Made by a program: the position numbers and the translations under genes. 54,655 bases of DNA from the sequence record MH706966. The stretch is one strand, 5' to 3'. Positions 7,737 to 15,377 of the stretch are shown piece by piece. How positions within the stretch are numbered: the stretch's first letter is position 1; each line of letters opens with the position of its first letter. The notes beneath the pieces are model-generated. The model was given only the letters and a program-made list of their open reading frames with translations, was not told the origin of the DNA and made no database searches. This DNA comes from Enterobacteria phage mEp021.

Positions 7737-9224
7737 TCATTGGCAGAAAACAATCTCTTTAAATGCTTTTTCTACCATGTCGAATACTTCCGGCCTGTAA
7801 TAGAAAAACTCATTGCTTCCATCAAATTTCACAGGAAAATTGATTTTATAATTACTAAAAGCCTTATGCATCGTGTTTTCTAGTTTATGTATACTTTCGG
7901 TTGGCCCTTCTAACGTTTTCACGACACACAAATCAGGGATTCTAACACCTGCTTTATGTGCGCTTTTTAATATCCGATTTCTTCGCTCGTTCTCCTTAAC
8001 ACTTACGCCGATTTTCATTTGTGTAGGTAATTCCAGATCATCAACCATGATGTAAAGTTTGCCATAATCATAACGAAAGAAACCGTATTTAGCGCATTTT
8101 TGGCAACCCCTACCGCGCTTAAGTTCTCTAGGTCTAACCGACCACTTATGATTACAAACCTTACAGCGGCATGATACTTTTTTATTTACGTTCGTTATTT
8201 CTCCCAGCACTTCAACATCAGGATTAACCTTAGCAATAGCTAAAACATGTTCTTCGTGCGTTATAATCTTCCCAGCACATTTTGGGCAACCCTTCCCGCG
8301 TTTAAGGTTGCTAGGAGTAACCGACCACTTATGATTACAAACCTTACAGCGGCATGATACTTTTTTATCTACGTTCGTTATTTCTCCCAGCACTTCAACA
8401 TCAGGATTAACCTTAGCAATAGCTAAAACATGTTCTTCGTGCGTTATAATCTTCCCAGCACATTTTGGGCAACCCTTACCGCGCTTAAGGTGGTTAGGTC
8501 TAACTGACCATTCATGATCACAAACCTTGCAGCGGCATAATACTTTTTTGTCGCCACCTGTAATTTCACCCAGCACTTCAACATCAGGATTAACCTTCGC
8601 AATGGCAGCAATTTGTTTATAATGTGATAGTCTTAGTTTTTGTGCAATTTTCACACATTTACATTTCGGGCAACCGCTCCCGTGTTTAAGGGCGTCAGGC
8701 GTAGCCGACCATACACGATCACAAATCTTGCAGCGGCATAATACTTTTGTTCTGCTATTAACAATTTTCCCCAGCACTTCAACATCAGGATTAATTCTTG
8801 AGATGGCGGCGATCTGTTCTTCGTGTGATAATCTTTTTGGCCCTTGCTTTAACATTGCGCATTTCGGGCAACCATTCCCGCGTTTAAGGTTGCTAGGAGT
8901 AACCGACCACTCATGATCACAAACCTTGCAGCGGCATAATACTTTTGTGCTGTTATTTATTATTTCCCCCAACACTTCAACATCAGGATTAATTTTAGCA
9001 ATAGCCGCAATTTGTTCTTCGTGGGATAGCCTTGCGTTCCCAGCGCATTTTGGGCAACCTTTACCGTGTTTAAGGTTGCTAGGAGTAACCGACCATTCAT
9101 GATCACAAACCTTGCAGCGGCATAATACTTTTTCCCGGCTTCCAGTAATTTCTCCCATCACTTCAACATCAGGATTAACTTTCGCAATAGCTGCAACCTG
9201 TTCTTCGTGTGTTAGCTTGCACAT
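7737..9224 (-). CDS. Six tandem Zn-ribbon modules (CxxC...GCPKC) fused to a C-terminal T5orf172/GIY-YIG-like domain
   Basis: 495 aa. A module of about 61 aa, HEEQ(V/I)AAIAKVNPDVEVLGEI...KVLCRCKVCDHEWSV.P..LKRGKGCPKCAG, is repeated six times. The C-terminus GKLYIMVDD...MKIGVS...R..IL...H...F...KINFPVKFDGSNEFF resembles T5orf172. Confidence 0.8.
   Translation of the reverse strand: MCKLTHEEQVAAIAKVNPDVEVMGEITGSREKVLCRCKVCDHEWSVTPSNLKHGKGCPKCAGNARLSHEEQIAAIAKINPDVEVLGEIINNSTKVLCRCKVCDHEWSVTPSNLKRGNGCPKCAMLKQGPKRLSHEEQIAAISRINPDVEVLGKIVNSRTKVLCRCKICDRVWSATPDALKHGSGCPKCKCVKIAQKLRLSHYKQIAAIAKVNPDVEVLGEITGGDKKVLCRCKVCDHEWSVRPNHLKRGKGCPKCAGKIITHEEHVLAIAKVNPDVEVLGEITNVDKKVSCRCKVCNHKWSVTPSNLKRGKGCPKCAGKIITHEEHVLAIAKVNPDVEVLGEITNVNKKVSCRCKVCNHKWSVRPRELKRGRGCQKCAKYGFFRYDYGKLYIMVDDLELPTQMKIGVSVKENERRNRILKSAHKAGVRIPDLCVVKTLEGPTESIHKLENTMHKAFSNYKINFPVKFDGSNEFFYYRPEVFDMVEKAFKEIVFCQ
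8138..8503 (-). repeat. Near-perfect 183-bp (61-codon) tandem duplication inside the Zn-ribbon gene
   Basis: 8138-8293 repeats at 8321-8476 with about one mismatch. The rest of the gene (to about 9215) consists of diverged copies of the same unit. Confidence 0.85.
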
Positions 9225-9365
9225 CGTTTCAACTCCTTAAAACGCCTCAGACACTCTACAACGCAAAAACACACCGCGTAATCCACTTGTAATGGTGCAG
9301 TGTCTTTTTTGCGCCAGAATCGCAATCAGGTGGCTAATTTTTTGATTTACAGACTGGTATGAAGG

Positions 9366-9467
9366 TTATGGATTTACTAGAAGGAACAAGCCGCCGAACA
9401 AAGCGACGTTAACAGCGATTGCAGCGGCGATGGCAAAAGCCAGGGCGAAAACGTGTTTACCGTCCAT
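9366..9467 (-). CDS. Possible 33-aa hydrophobic peptide MDGKHVFALAFAIAAAIAVNVALFGGLFLLVNP
   Basis: Not in the track. GAGAGGA sits 7 nt upstream of the ATG, and the peptide has a single predicted TM helix. It lies in an otherwise empty 375-nt gap. Confidence 0.3.
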   Translation of the reverse strand: MDGKHVFALAFAIAAAIAVNVALFGGLFLLVNP

Positions 9468-9600
9468 TTTAAAATCCTCTCTAAAACGCTCTCTAACGAG
9501 CTAAACCGCTAAAGGTATGCAAGTGTAGCACCCAATGCTTTTTAGCTCGCTTATGGGCTTGTTTTGTTGGTAATTTTTGATTTTTGCGTATTGTGGTTGG

Positions 9601-10608
9601 TCAAATAGCGCCTGCGCGTGTATCGCGTAGCGTTTTTGGTTTAAGCAGGAAATCAAGTGTCGCAGTGAAGCCATTGCCGAAGTAAAAGTCTGAAGCCGTG
9701 TTTTTAAACGCCTCAAAGTAAGCAATAAAGCCAGTGATGCTTTTGTCTTTCAGGTAGTCAGTGAACGCATAGATCTTGCGTTCAAGATCCCGATCCAGTT
9801 CAGCAGGTGGCAACAGGCCATCAAACGTGCTGTTAAATGCTTCCACTACGTCGGCAGCGTTTGCAGTGACTGACAGTTTGCTCCATTGTTCAGCATCAGC
9901 CAGATACCCATCGAATTTAGTTACCCGGCAAATGTTAACAGGCTTAGGCACTCCACCACGGCCACGCCATTGCGTTAAAGCCCACTCAATCACTAATGTG
10001 ATCTCACCCTCCGTATACGCTTTGCGTGTTTTTGTTTCTGTCAGTAGTTCTACGAATGGCTTTGCATCACGACATTTGCATCCTGCCTTGTCGTTGTAGA
10101 AGGACAGGCAACGCAATGCCGCCAGATTAACCTCCCGATCTTCTTCGCTGATAGACTCGTCTTTTTCCAATACACGAAGTGTATTGTTTTTAATGTTCTC
10201 TTTACTGGTTATATATGACTGATTAGGGTTGCTCTCTGCCACTACCCCCGGTTGCTTTGTGCCACTACCCTGGTTGCTCTCTGCCACTACCCCCGGTTGC
10301 TTTGTGCCACTACCTGACAGTGAAGGTAAAACGATTACATAGAAATTGCTCGTTTGTTCTTTCCCTCCTATTAAATATCGAGGCTGTTTTAGTAATAAAC
10401 CTTTTTTGCAAAGAGCCTCGATTGCTCTCATTGCCGTACTTTTGTTTATTTCGCATTGCTTTGCTATGTGCTGGTAAGAAGGGTAGCACTCTCCGTTATC
10501 GTTAGCGTTATCAGCCAACTTTAACAGCACAAGTTTGTGCATTGGGTTGCCGACTTCAGTATGAAAGACTTCAACCATTAGCCGCATACTCATAAGCATT
10601 AACCTCAT
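9601..10608 (-). CDS. Replication initiator, lambda O-like (N-terminal winged HTH; start codon ambiguous, 10608-10578)
   Basis: The N-terminus KLVLLKLADNANDNGECYPSYQHIAKQCEINKSTAMRAIEALCKKGLL is typical of phage O/HTH_36 initiators. The gene contains iterons (peptide repeat SGSGTKQPGVVAESN twice), as lambda O does. Confidence 0.8.
   Translation of the reverse strand: MRLMLMSMRLMVEVFHTEVGNPMHKLVLLKLADNANDNGECYPSYQHIAKQCEINKSTAMRAIEALCKKGLLLKQPRYLIGGKEQTSNFYVIVLPSLSGSGTKQPGVVAESNQGSGTKQPGVVAESNPNQSYITSKENIKNNTLRVLEKDESISEEDREVNLAALRCLSFYNDKAGCKCRDAKPFVELLTETKTRKAYTEGEITLVIEWALTQWRGRGGVPKPVNICRVTKFDGYLADAEQWSKLSVTANAADVVEAFNSTFDGLLPPAELDRDLERKIYAFTDYLKDKSITGFIAYFEAFKNTASDFYFGNGFTATLDFLLKPKTLRDTRAGAI
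10168..10316 (-). repeat. Candidate origin of replication: four 22-23-bp iterons, an AT-rich stretch and a palindrome, inside the O-like gene
   Basis: Iterons GGTTGCT(C/T)T(CT/-)GTGCCACTACCC at 10228, 10250, 10272 and 10295. AT-rich segment at 10187-10227. Perfect palindrome CAATACAC-GAA-GTGTATTG at 10168-10186. Confidence 0.7.
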
Positions 10609-10614
10609 GACGAA

Positions 10615-10860
10615 CTAAAACATTAACTGATAAACACAGAAGAAGCCTGGAAGCTGGCTAATCAGGCCGCTTCTTTTCAGTTGATGCAGTGCAGAGATAG
10701 TGTCACGTAACGAAATTTCGCACATTTCCGCGATCTCTTCCGGAGTTACTTCGCTTTTGCCGTTGCATCCGGCCTTTGTTGCCAGTGCAATTAAGATAAG
10801 TTTTTGCACATGATCATTGTTATTCAGGCGAATATCAAAAGCCTTGCGAACGTAATACAT
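10615..10860 (-). CDS. Small winged-HTH protein, first gene of the minus-strand early operon (Cro/CII position)
   Basis: 81 aa with a strong RBS (AGGAGAAAGAAACATG). KLILIALATKAGCNGKSEVTPEEIAEMCEISLRDTISALHQLKRSGLI resembles the N-terminal domain of the O-like protein. Confidence 0.6.
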   Translation of the reverse strand: MYYVRKAFDIRLNNNDHVQKLILIALATKAGCNGKSEVTPEEIAEMCEISLRDTISALHQLKRSGLISQLPGFFCVYQLMF

Positions 10861-10968
10861 GTTTCTTTCTCCTATGGTTAGAGTGAACGCGCGGGCGGGT
10901 ATCCAATTAGCATTAGATAGCAGTGACTGACCGCTGAACAGATCCCGCCGTTGCGTGATATTTGTTTT

Positions 10969-11001
10969 TCGCTTCGCAGCGACACCGGATTTTTAAAGAG
11001 C
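10969..11001 (-). promoter_or_regulatory. nutR-like site (boxA AGCTCTTTAAAAA, 7-nt spacer, boxB hairpin UCGCUGCGAAGCGA)
   Basis: Read on the minus strand in the leader of the early operon. The boxA matches the rrn boxA TGCTCTTTAACAA at 11/13. The 17-mer GCTCTTTAAAAATCCGG is identical to 20172-20188. Confidence 0.4.
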
Positions 11002-11013
11002 TTTTAAGGTATG

Positions 11014-11129
11014 TACCTTTTGTGCTTTCCCTTATCTTTTTTCTTGCATCATTGCAACTATGGCCTTACCTTGTCAGCAAGTTTACAGAATGGAGCTTTA
11101 AGATCAAGGCTTGAAAAATACGTTTTGTG
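11014..11129. promoter_or_regulatory. Immunity-region operator cluster (three copies of the YACAAAAYGK word) between divergent early promoters
   Basis: TACCTTTTGTG at 11014-11024, TACAGAATGG at 11084-11093 and TACGTTTTGTG at 11119-11129, in the 306-nt gap between the cI-like gene and the divergent operon. Confidence 0.4.
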
Positions 11130-11166
11130 ACTTGCATCAAAATTTTTTAGGTTATAGGGTAGCGAT

Positions 11167-11814
11167 ATGAAAACAAAATGGTATGACTTAGCAAAACAAC
11201 TCATGCGGGCGCAGGGCATGAGCCAGGATTCATTGGCTGATCTTATGGGGATCACAAAAGGCGGCCTTTCTCACTGGCTGAACGGTAGACGTGAGCCAAA
11301 TCTTGAAGATATTGCGCGTATCATGCGGGCGCTTGGGCGTCGGCAGTTCACTGTCACACATGATGGAATGGTCATTGATGATTCTGTTTCTAACACGTTG
11401 CCGGGAGCGCCGCCGCGTGATTTAGGTAGTTACCCGGTTGTTGACTGGAAGGATGTAGTAAACAATATGGAAGATGCAAGGCGATCAACATTACCACACG
11501 TTACGACTAGCGTTATTTGTTCAGATGATAGTTATTGGCTGGTAGCTAAAGGCGAATCAATGAACGCGCCGCAAGGATTGAGTATACCAGCGGGGACGAT
11601 GATACTTGTCGATCCGCACGCGCCAGCTATTGACGGCAAACTGGTTATAGCCCAATTGGAGGAGGGGCAGGTACCGACGTTTAAACAGTTGATTATTGAT
11701 GGAGGTCAAAGACTTTTGCGTTCGCTCAATCCGCTGTATCCGCCAATCCCTATGAATCCAGAATCAAAAATTATAGGCGTGGTGGTTGATGCGAAGATCG
11801 TAAACCTGCCATAA
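11167..11814 (+). CDS. cI: CI-type prophage repressor (XRE HTH + S24/LexA-like autopeptidase)
   Basis: 215 aa. N-terminal HTH MSQDSLADLMGITKGGLSHWLNGRR and a C-terminal S24 domain with AKGESM...K. Divergent from the early operon. Confidence 0.9.
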   Translation: MKTKWYDLAKQLMRAQGMSQDSLADLMGITKGGLSHWLNGRREPNLEDIARIMRALGRRQFTVTHDGMVIDDSVSNTLPGAPPRDLGSYPVVDWKDVVNNMEDARRSTLPHVTTSVICSDDSYWLVAKGESMNAPQGLSIPAGTMILVDPHAPAIDGKLVIAQLEEGQVPTFKQLIIDGGQRLLRSLNPLYPPIPMNPESKIIGVVVDAKIVNLP

Positions 11815-11820
11815 ACATTA

Positions 11821-11844
11821 GCCGCCGGATGGCGGCTTTTCTTT
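11821..11844 (+). terminator. Rho-independent terminator after cI
   Basis: GCCGCC-GGAT-GGCGGC followed by TTTTCTTT. Confidence 0.7.
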
Positions 11845-11924
11845 GCCGTAAAAACACCAAAACGTAAACAGAAAACATGTTTTATCATTTAAATATCAAT
11901 GAGATAGAAAATTTTTTAAAAAAG

Positions 11925-11966
11925 TATACAAAATGGATTGACTCTGTATATCACGGGGCGTATATT
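11925..11966 (+). promoter_or_regulatory. pL-like promoter (TTGACT-17-TATATT) with an abutting TATACAAAATGGA word
   Basis: -35 at 11938-11943 and -10 at 11961-11966. The motif at 11925-11937 is directly upstream. The spacer contains ATATCACG, which also occurs in the other early leader. Confidence 0.5.
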
Positions 11967-12223
11967 GCGAATCAAAGGAAGGAGGCAGGAAACAAAAAAG
12001 CACCTTCCAGGCACTTTAAAAAATCAGGCTTAACACCTTGTCAACCGTGGAGTAACTCCCCGATGGGGGACCGAAAGCGGCACTGATAACAAGGCGCATG
12101 GGGTGTTTAAAGCGTTACACCCCCCACGAAACCGCACGCAAGGCGACGAGTCAGCTTGCTTGGAGTGAGCAAGGTCACACCGGAAACGGCGATGATTGCG
12201 GGATTAGTTGAAAGATGTTAAGC

Positions 12224-12261
12224 CGCTCATTAACAATCTGGTCAGCCGCTGGAAGTGCGGC
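12224..12261 (+). promoter_or_regulatory. nutL-like site (boxA CGCTCATTAACAA, 8-nt spacer, boxB GCCGCUGGAAGUGCGGC)
   Basis: boxA matches the rrn boxA at 11/13. boxB is a 5-bp GC stem with a GGAAG loop flanked by U.U. It lies 57 nt upstream of the N-like gene. Confidence 0.5.
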
Positions 12262-12317
12262 AATTAACGAAGATGATTTTTTATTAAGTATCATCAAGGA
12301 TATAAGGAGATCAGATC

Positions 12318-12608
12318 ATGACAGTTACAATCATGTATGGCAAATGTGACAGTAAACTGAATGCCAGGGAACGCAGAAGAATAAAAAGAGAAAACGAAAG
12401 AAAATCATCACCTGCAATTAATAAAACGGACAATGTGGATAAAGCCATTCGCTTTGCAAACGAGGAAAGATGCAAACCCAATGGCATTAAAGAACGTCGC
12501 AAAGGAGCGGTAAAATGGTATACGGAAAATGAAAGCGGCAACTACTACCACGCAACGCAACCACGCCAGTTAGGGGAAAAACCCCTTGATAAAGTCCGCT
12601 ACCATTAA
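12318..12608 (+). CDS. N: N-like transcription antiterminator (arginine-rich motif protein)
   Basis: 96 aa with the RBS AAGGAG. The N-terminal ARM SKLNARERRRIKRENERK resembles the lambda, P22 and phi21 N ARMs. It is the first gene after the pL-like promoter and the nut-like site. Confidence 0.55.
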   Translation: MTVTIMYGKCDSKLNARERRRIKRENERKSSPAINKTDNVDKAIRFANEERCKPNGIKERRKGAVKWYTENESGNYYHATQPRQLGEKPLDKVRYH

Positions 12609-12638
12609 TACAAAATGTAAATAATCGGAGGTGACATT

Positions 12639-12761
12639 ATGGTTATCGAGGCGCTCAAATTCAAACTTGCGGTAGCGGAAATGCTTCATGATGCCGAAAT
12701 GTGGAGCGCCGCGAATAAAGCCTTATACGTAGTGTTAACAGCGAAGGAGATCAAAGAGTGA
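12639..12761 (+). CDS. Hypothetical small protein (40 aa)
   Basis: Not in the track. RBS GGAGGTGACATTATG. Its stop overlaps the GTG start of the erf-like gene. Confidence 0.4.
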   Translation: MVIEALKFKLAVAEMLHDAEMWSAANKALYVVLTAKEIKE

Positions 12762-13399
12762 AAACAGAGTTACACAAAAAGCTGTGGACGATTCAACAAA
12801 CGTTGAATGCGCCGAAAAATCAGCGTAATAATTTCGGTGGGTACAATTACAGGTCGGCGGAGGATATTTTAGAGGCGGTTAAGCCACTGCTTCAAAATAT
12901 CACGCTGACTGTTAGCGATGAAATCGTCCTGATCGGCAATCGCTATTATGTGAAGGCCACAGCTACGCTAAGCGACGGTGAAGATGAAATTGCGGTAACT
13001 GCTTACGCCAGGGAAGAAGAAAGCAAGAAGGGAATGGACGCAAGCCAGTTAACTGGCGCGACATCAAGTTATGCGCGGAAATACGCGTTGAACGGATTGT
13101 TCTGTATTGATGATGCGCGAGATCCTGATACTGACGCATACGCGAAGCAGACTGGCCAGCAGCCTCGCCAGCAGAAAAACACACCAAAACAACAACCACA
13201 GCAGCAGAAAGCGCCGCCAAATCCTGACGAGGTGTTAGCGCGTTTCTGTGATGCAGCAGCGAAAGCGCCTGACGCTAACAAGTTGCGCGAGATATTCGGG
13301 AAGTGCTGGAAGCTACTTCCTAAAGATTCAGAACAGCAACAGAAAGCTAAAGACGTTTATGATATTCGCTTAAAAGAGCTTAACGGGGAGATCGGTTAA
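12758..13399 (+). CDS. erf: ERF-family single-strand annealing (recombination) protein
   Basis: 213 aa. ...NFGGYNYRSAEDILEAVKPLL...SYARKYALNGLF is typical of the ERF superfamily, with a Q/P-rich linker. Confidence 0.8.
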   Translation: MKTELHKKLWTIQQTLNAPKNQRNNFGGYNYRSAEDILEAVKPLLQNITLTVSDEIVLIGNRYYVKATATLSDGEDEIAVTAYAREEESKKGMDASQLTGATSSYARKYALNGLFCIDDARDPDTDAYAKQTGQQPRQQKNTPKQQPQQQKAPPNPDEVLARFCDAAAKAPDANKLREIFGKCWKLLPKDSEQQQKAKDVYDIRLKELNGEIG

Positions 13400-13809
13400 T
13401 GAGCTTAAATTCAATTACGCTTGGCGGTAACGTTGGGAATGATTGCGAAACGAGATTTACATCAAACGGGAAAGCAATCGGTAGTTTCTCACTTGCTGTA
13501 CAACAAGGTTACGGTGATAACAAACGTGCAATGTGGGTAACGTGTTTAATATTAGGTGATAGAGCAACAAAATTAGCCGAACATATTAGGAAGGGGGATC
13601 ACCTGGTTGTAAGTGGTCGGTTGGATGTTAGGGATTGGGAAGGGCAGGACGGAAGAAAAAACAAATCAGTTGAGGTTATCGTGTCAGATATTGAATTTAT
13701 GAGCGGAAATAAACGCAGCGACCAAAACCAAAACAGACAACGCGAACAGCAACAACAATATAACCAGGATAACGGCGGGCAGGACTGCGACCAAGATATC
13801 CCATTTTAG
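13399..13809 (+). CDS. ssb: Single-stranded DNA-binding protein
   Basis: 136 aa. OB-fold N-terminus (NSITLGGNVGNDCETRFTSNGKAIGSFSLAV), a Q/N-rich tail and the terminal acidic DQDIPF motif. Confidence 0.9.
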   Translation: MSLNSITLGGNVGNDCETRFTSNGKAIGSFSLAVQQGYGDNKRAMWVTCLILGDRATKLAEHIRKGDHLVVSGRLDVRDWEGQDGRKNKSVEVIVSDIEFMSGNKRSDQNQNRQREQQQQYNQDNGGQDCDQDIPF

Positions 13810-13838
13810 CGAATATAATCAATTAGTTAGGTGTTATT

Positions 13839-14363
13839 ATGAGTAATGCCGAACCATTGAAAATATGTTGTACTTGCGGGGCACTATTGCCCCTTTCTTG
13901 TTTTCATAACGATAAGGGCAAGAAAGACGGCAAATCATGTAGATGTAAAGAGTGCGCCAAAAAAGCCACTAGAGAATGGAGTGAAGCGAATAAAGAAAGA
14001 AAAAAGAAAAATGATAGCGAATACGCAAAAACAGATAAAGCCAAAAAGAAAAGGGAAGAATACAGAAAATCGCAAAGAGGTAAAGAGATCGCGGCTGAAT
14101 CAAGAAAAAAATGGAATGAGAAAAACCCTAAAAAATACCACGCCCAAGTGATGGCACATAACGCTATCCGCGACGGCAAATTAATTAAACAACCTTGCGA
14201 AGTATGCGGCAGAGATGACCGCGTACACGCGCACCATTGCGATTATGATAAGCCGCTCGATGTTATGTGGCTTTGCCCGATATGCCATCGAGAGTGGCAC
14301 AACGAACACGGTGAAGGAGCTAATGCACACGACGAGGTATTAAGTGGTGAGCGAATATCTTAA
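13839..14363 (+). CDS. HNH nuclease-family protein with a lysine-rich middle region
   Basis: C-terminal CEVCG...VHAHHCDYDKPLDVMWLCPICHREWH (HNH/Zn) and an N-terminal Cys cluster. Confidence 0.65.
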   Translation: MSNAEPLKICCTCGALLPLSCFHNDKGKKDGKSCRCKECAKKATREWSEANKERKKKNDSEYAKTDKAKKKREEYRKSQRGKEIAAESRKKWNEKNPKKYHAQVMAHNAIRDGKLIKQPCEVCGRDDRVHAHHCDYDKPLDVMWLCPICHREWHNEHGEGANAHDEVLSGERIS

Positions 14364-14628
14364 AGCACCGCCACCGCCACCGCGAACAAAAGAACAAGTA
14401 TTAAAAGAAGCCCGTGATCATATCGATCATGGGCTTTTTTTATGCGGAACGGCGGCGGATCGAATGGCGAAAAGATTTAGTGACCTGTACGCAAAACAAA
14501 TATGGTTCGACAACTGGCAGGCAAGTTTTTACCCACTGCAAAGAAAACCGGATATGCATTGGCCTGAATATGTCGATCCACGTATGCGCAAATATCGCGG
14601 GCGTATGGGCCAGGTTATTAACGATTAA
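14344..14628 (+). CDS. Hypothetical protein (94 aa)
   Basis: ORF packed in the plus-strand early operon. Confidence 0.45.
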   Translation: MVSEYLKAPPPPPRTKEQVLKEARDHIDHGLFLCGTAADRMAKRFSDLYAKQIWFDNWQASFYPLQRKPDMHWPEYVDPRMRKYRGRMGQVIND

Positions 14629-14642
14629 TGAGGTATTAAATC

Positions 14643-14867
14643 ATGATCGAAGATAAAGAAGTTGACGTAGAAATTCCTGACAGCGCTGATGAGCTTATCA
14701 CTTTCGGCGGCGGCCTGTATGAGTTCGATACATCGGCTGGGTGGGTTGATAAGTGGCCTCAGCCTACTCGCCAGGAATTAATTAACCGCAAATCATTCGG
14801 CGAAGATGCAGAACGCCTTGCTAATAACAAGTGGCTTAACAAGTTCATTGCGGAGGGTGATAAATGA
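14643..14867 (+). CDS. Hypothetical protein (74 aa)
   Basis: ORF packed in the operon. Confidence 0.45.
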   Translation: MIEDKEVDVEIPDSADELITFGGGLYEFDTSAGWVDKWPQPTRQELINRKSFGEDAERLANNKWLNKFIAEGDK

Positions 14868-14977
14868 ACCTTGCAAAAATTGCCGCATTGCTTGCGGCTT
14901 TGTCTATCGCTGTGCTGTATCTCAGCGTATCGCTTTATATAACGGTAGCGATCATTAAACTCATTGCTAACATGTGA
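14864..14977 (+). CDS. Small single-TM peptide (37 aa)
   Basis: Not in the track. ATGA overlap with the upstream stop. MNLAKIAALLAALSIAVLYLSVSLYITVAIIKLIANM. Confidence 0.4.
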   Translation: MNLAKIAALLAALSIAVLYLSVSLYITVAIIKLIANM

Positions 14978-14985
14978 GGTTAATC

Positions 14986-15105
14986 ATGAAAGTCGGTAAG
15001 GATATTGTGACGGTCGCGTTTTGCATTATTTGCTTCCTATTTGTGGTTGTGTTTTGTGGCGGATTTGCAGCGCTGGTTAGCTTTATTTTCAGGGGATTGT
15101 TGTGA
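14986..15105 (+). CDS. Small single-TM peptide (39 aa)
   Basis: Not in the track. RBS GAGG. MKVGKDIVTVAFCIICFLFVVVFCGGFAALVSFIFRGLL. Its stop overlaps the next start. Confidence 0.4.
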   Translation: MKVGKDIVTVAFCIICFLFVVVFCGGFAALVSFIFRGLL

Positions 15106-15377
15106 TGAAAACATGGGATGCAAAGACTGGTGATCTTGTTGTATTGCCTGAATATCGTGATGACCCTGGCCTGGTTGTACTGAATAAGATGTATAACGAT
15201 CTAGATCGCCCGCTAGTGGTTAAATACCTGGACGGAACAATCATAGAACCGCGCTACTTTGATGATATTGAACTGAAGGCCCGCAACGTTCGCGTTAAGC
15301 CGTTCCGGGCTTATGTTGAGGACCACTGGCGGAAATTGTTCGCCGGACTGAATGGGATGTACGGCGTATGGCTATAA
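15105..15377 (+). CDS. Hypothetical protein (90 aa)
   Basis: ORF in the operon. TGATG coupling to the upstream peptide. Confidence 0.5.
   Translation: MKTWDAKTGDLVVLPEYRDDPGLVVLNKMYNDLDRPLVVKYLDGTIIEPRYFDDIELKARNVRVKPFRAYVEDHWRKLFAGLNGMYGVWL

Noticed and set aside
8090-9215. Regularly spaced repeats that could be mistaken for a CRISPR array (also 49580-50990)
   Set aside because: The repeat units (183 bp and 108 bp) are contiguous, in frame and coding, with no unique spacers. No cas genes are present.
11877-12086. 69-aa plus-strand ORF just after the cI terminator
   Set aside because: It starts upstream of, and runs through, the best pL-like promoter (11938-11966). It has no RBS and a low-complexity basic sequence. 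The region is better explained as promoter plus leader.
12100-12173. Two hairpins in the N leader (GGGGTGT-N10-ACACCCC and CTTGCT-N7-AGCAAG) as HK022 put-like RNA
   Set aside because: The structures are real but generic. An N-like protein and boxA/boxB sites are present, so a protein-independent put mechanism is not needed. I have no sequence similarity to support it.
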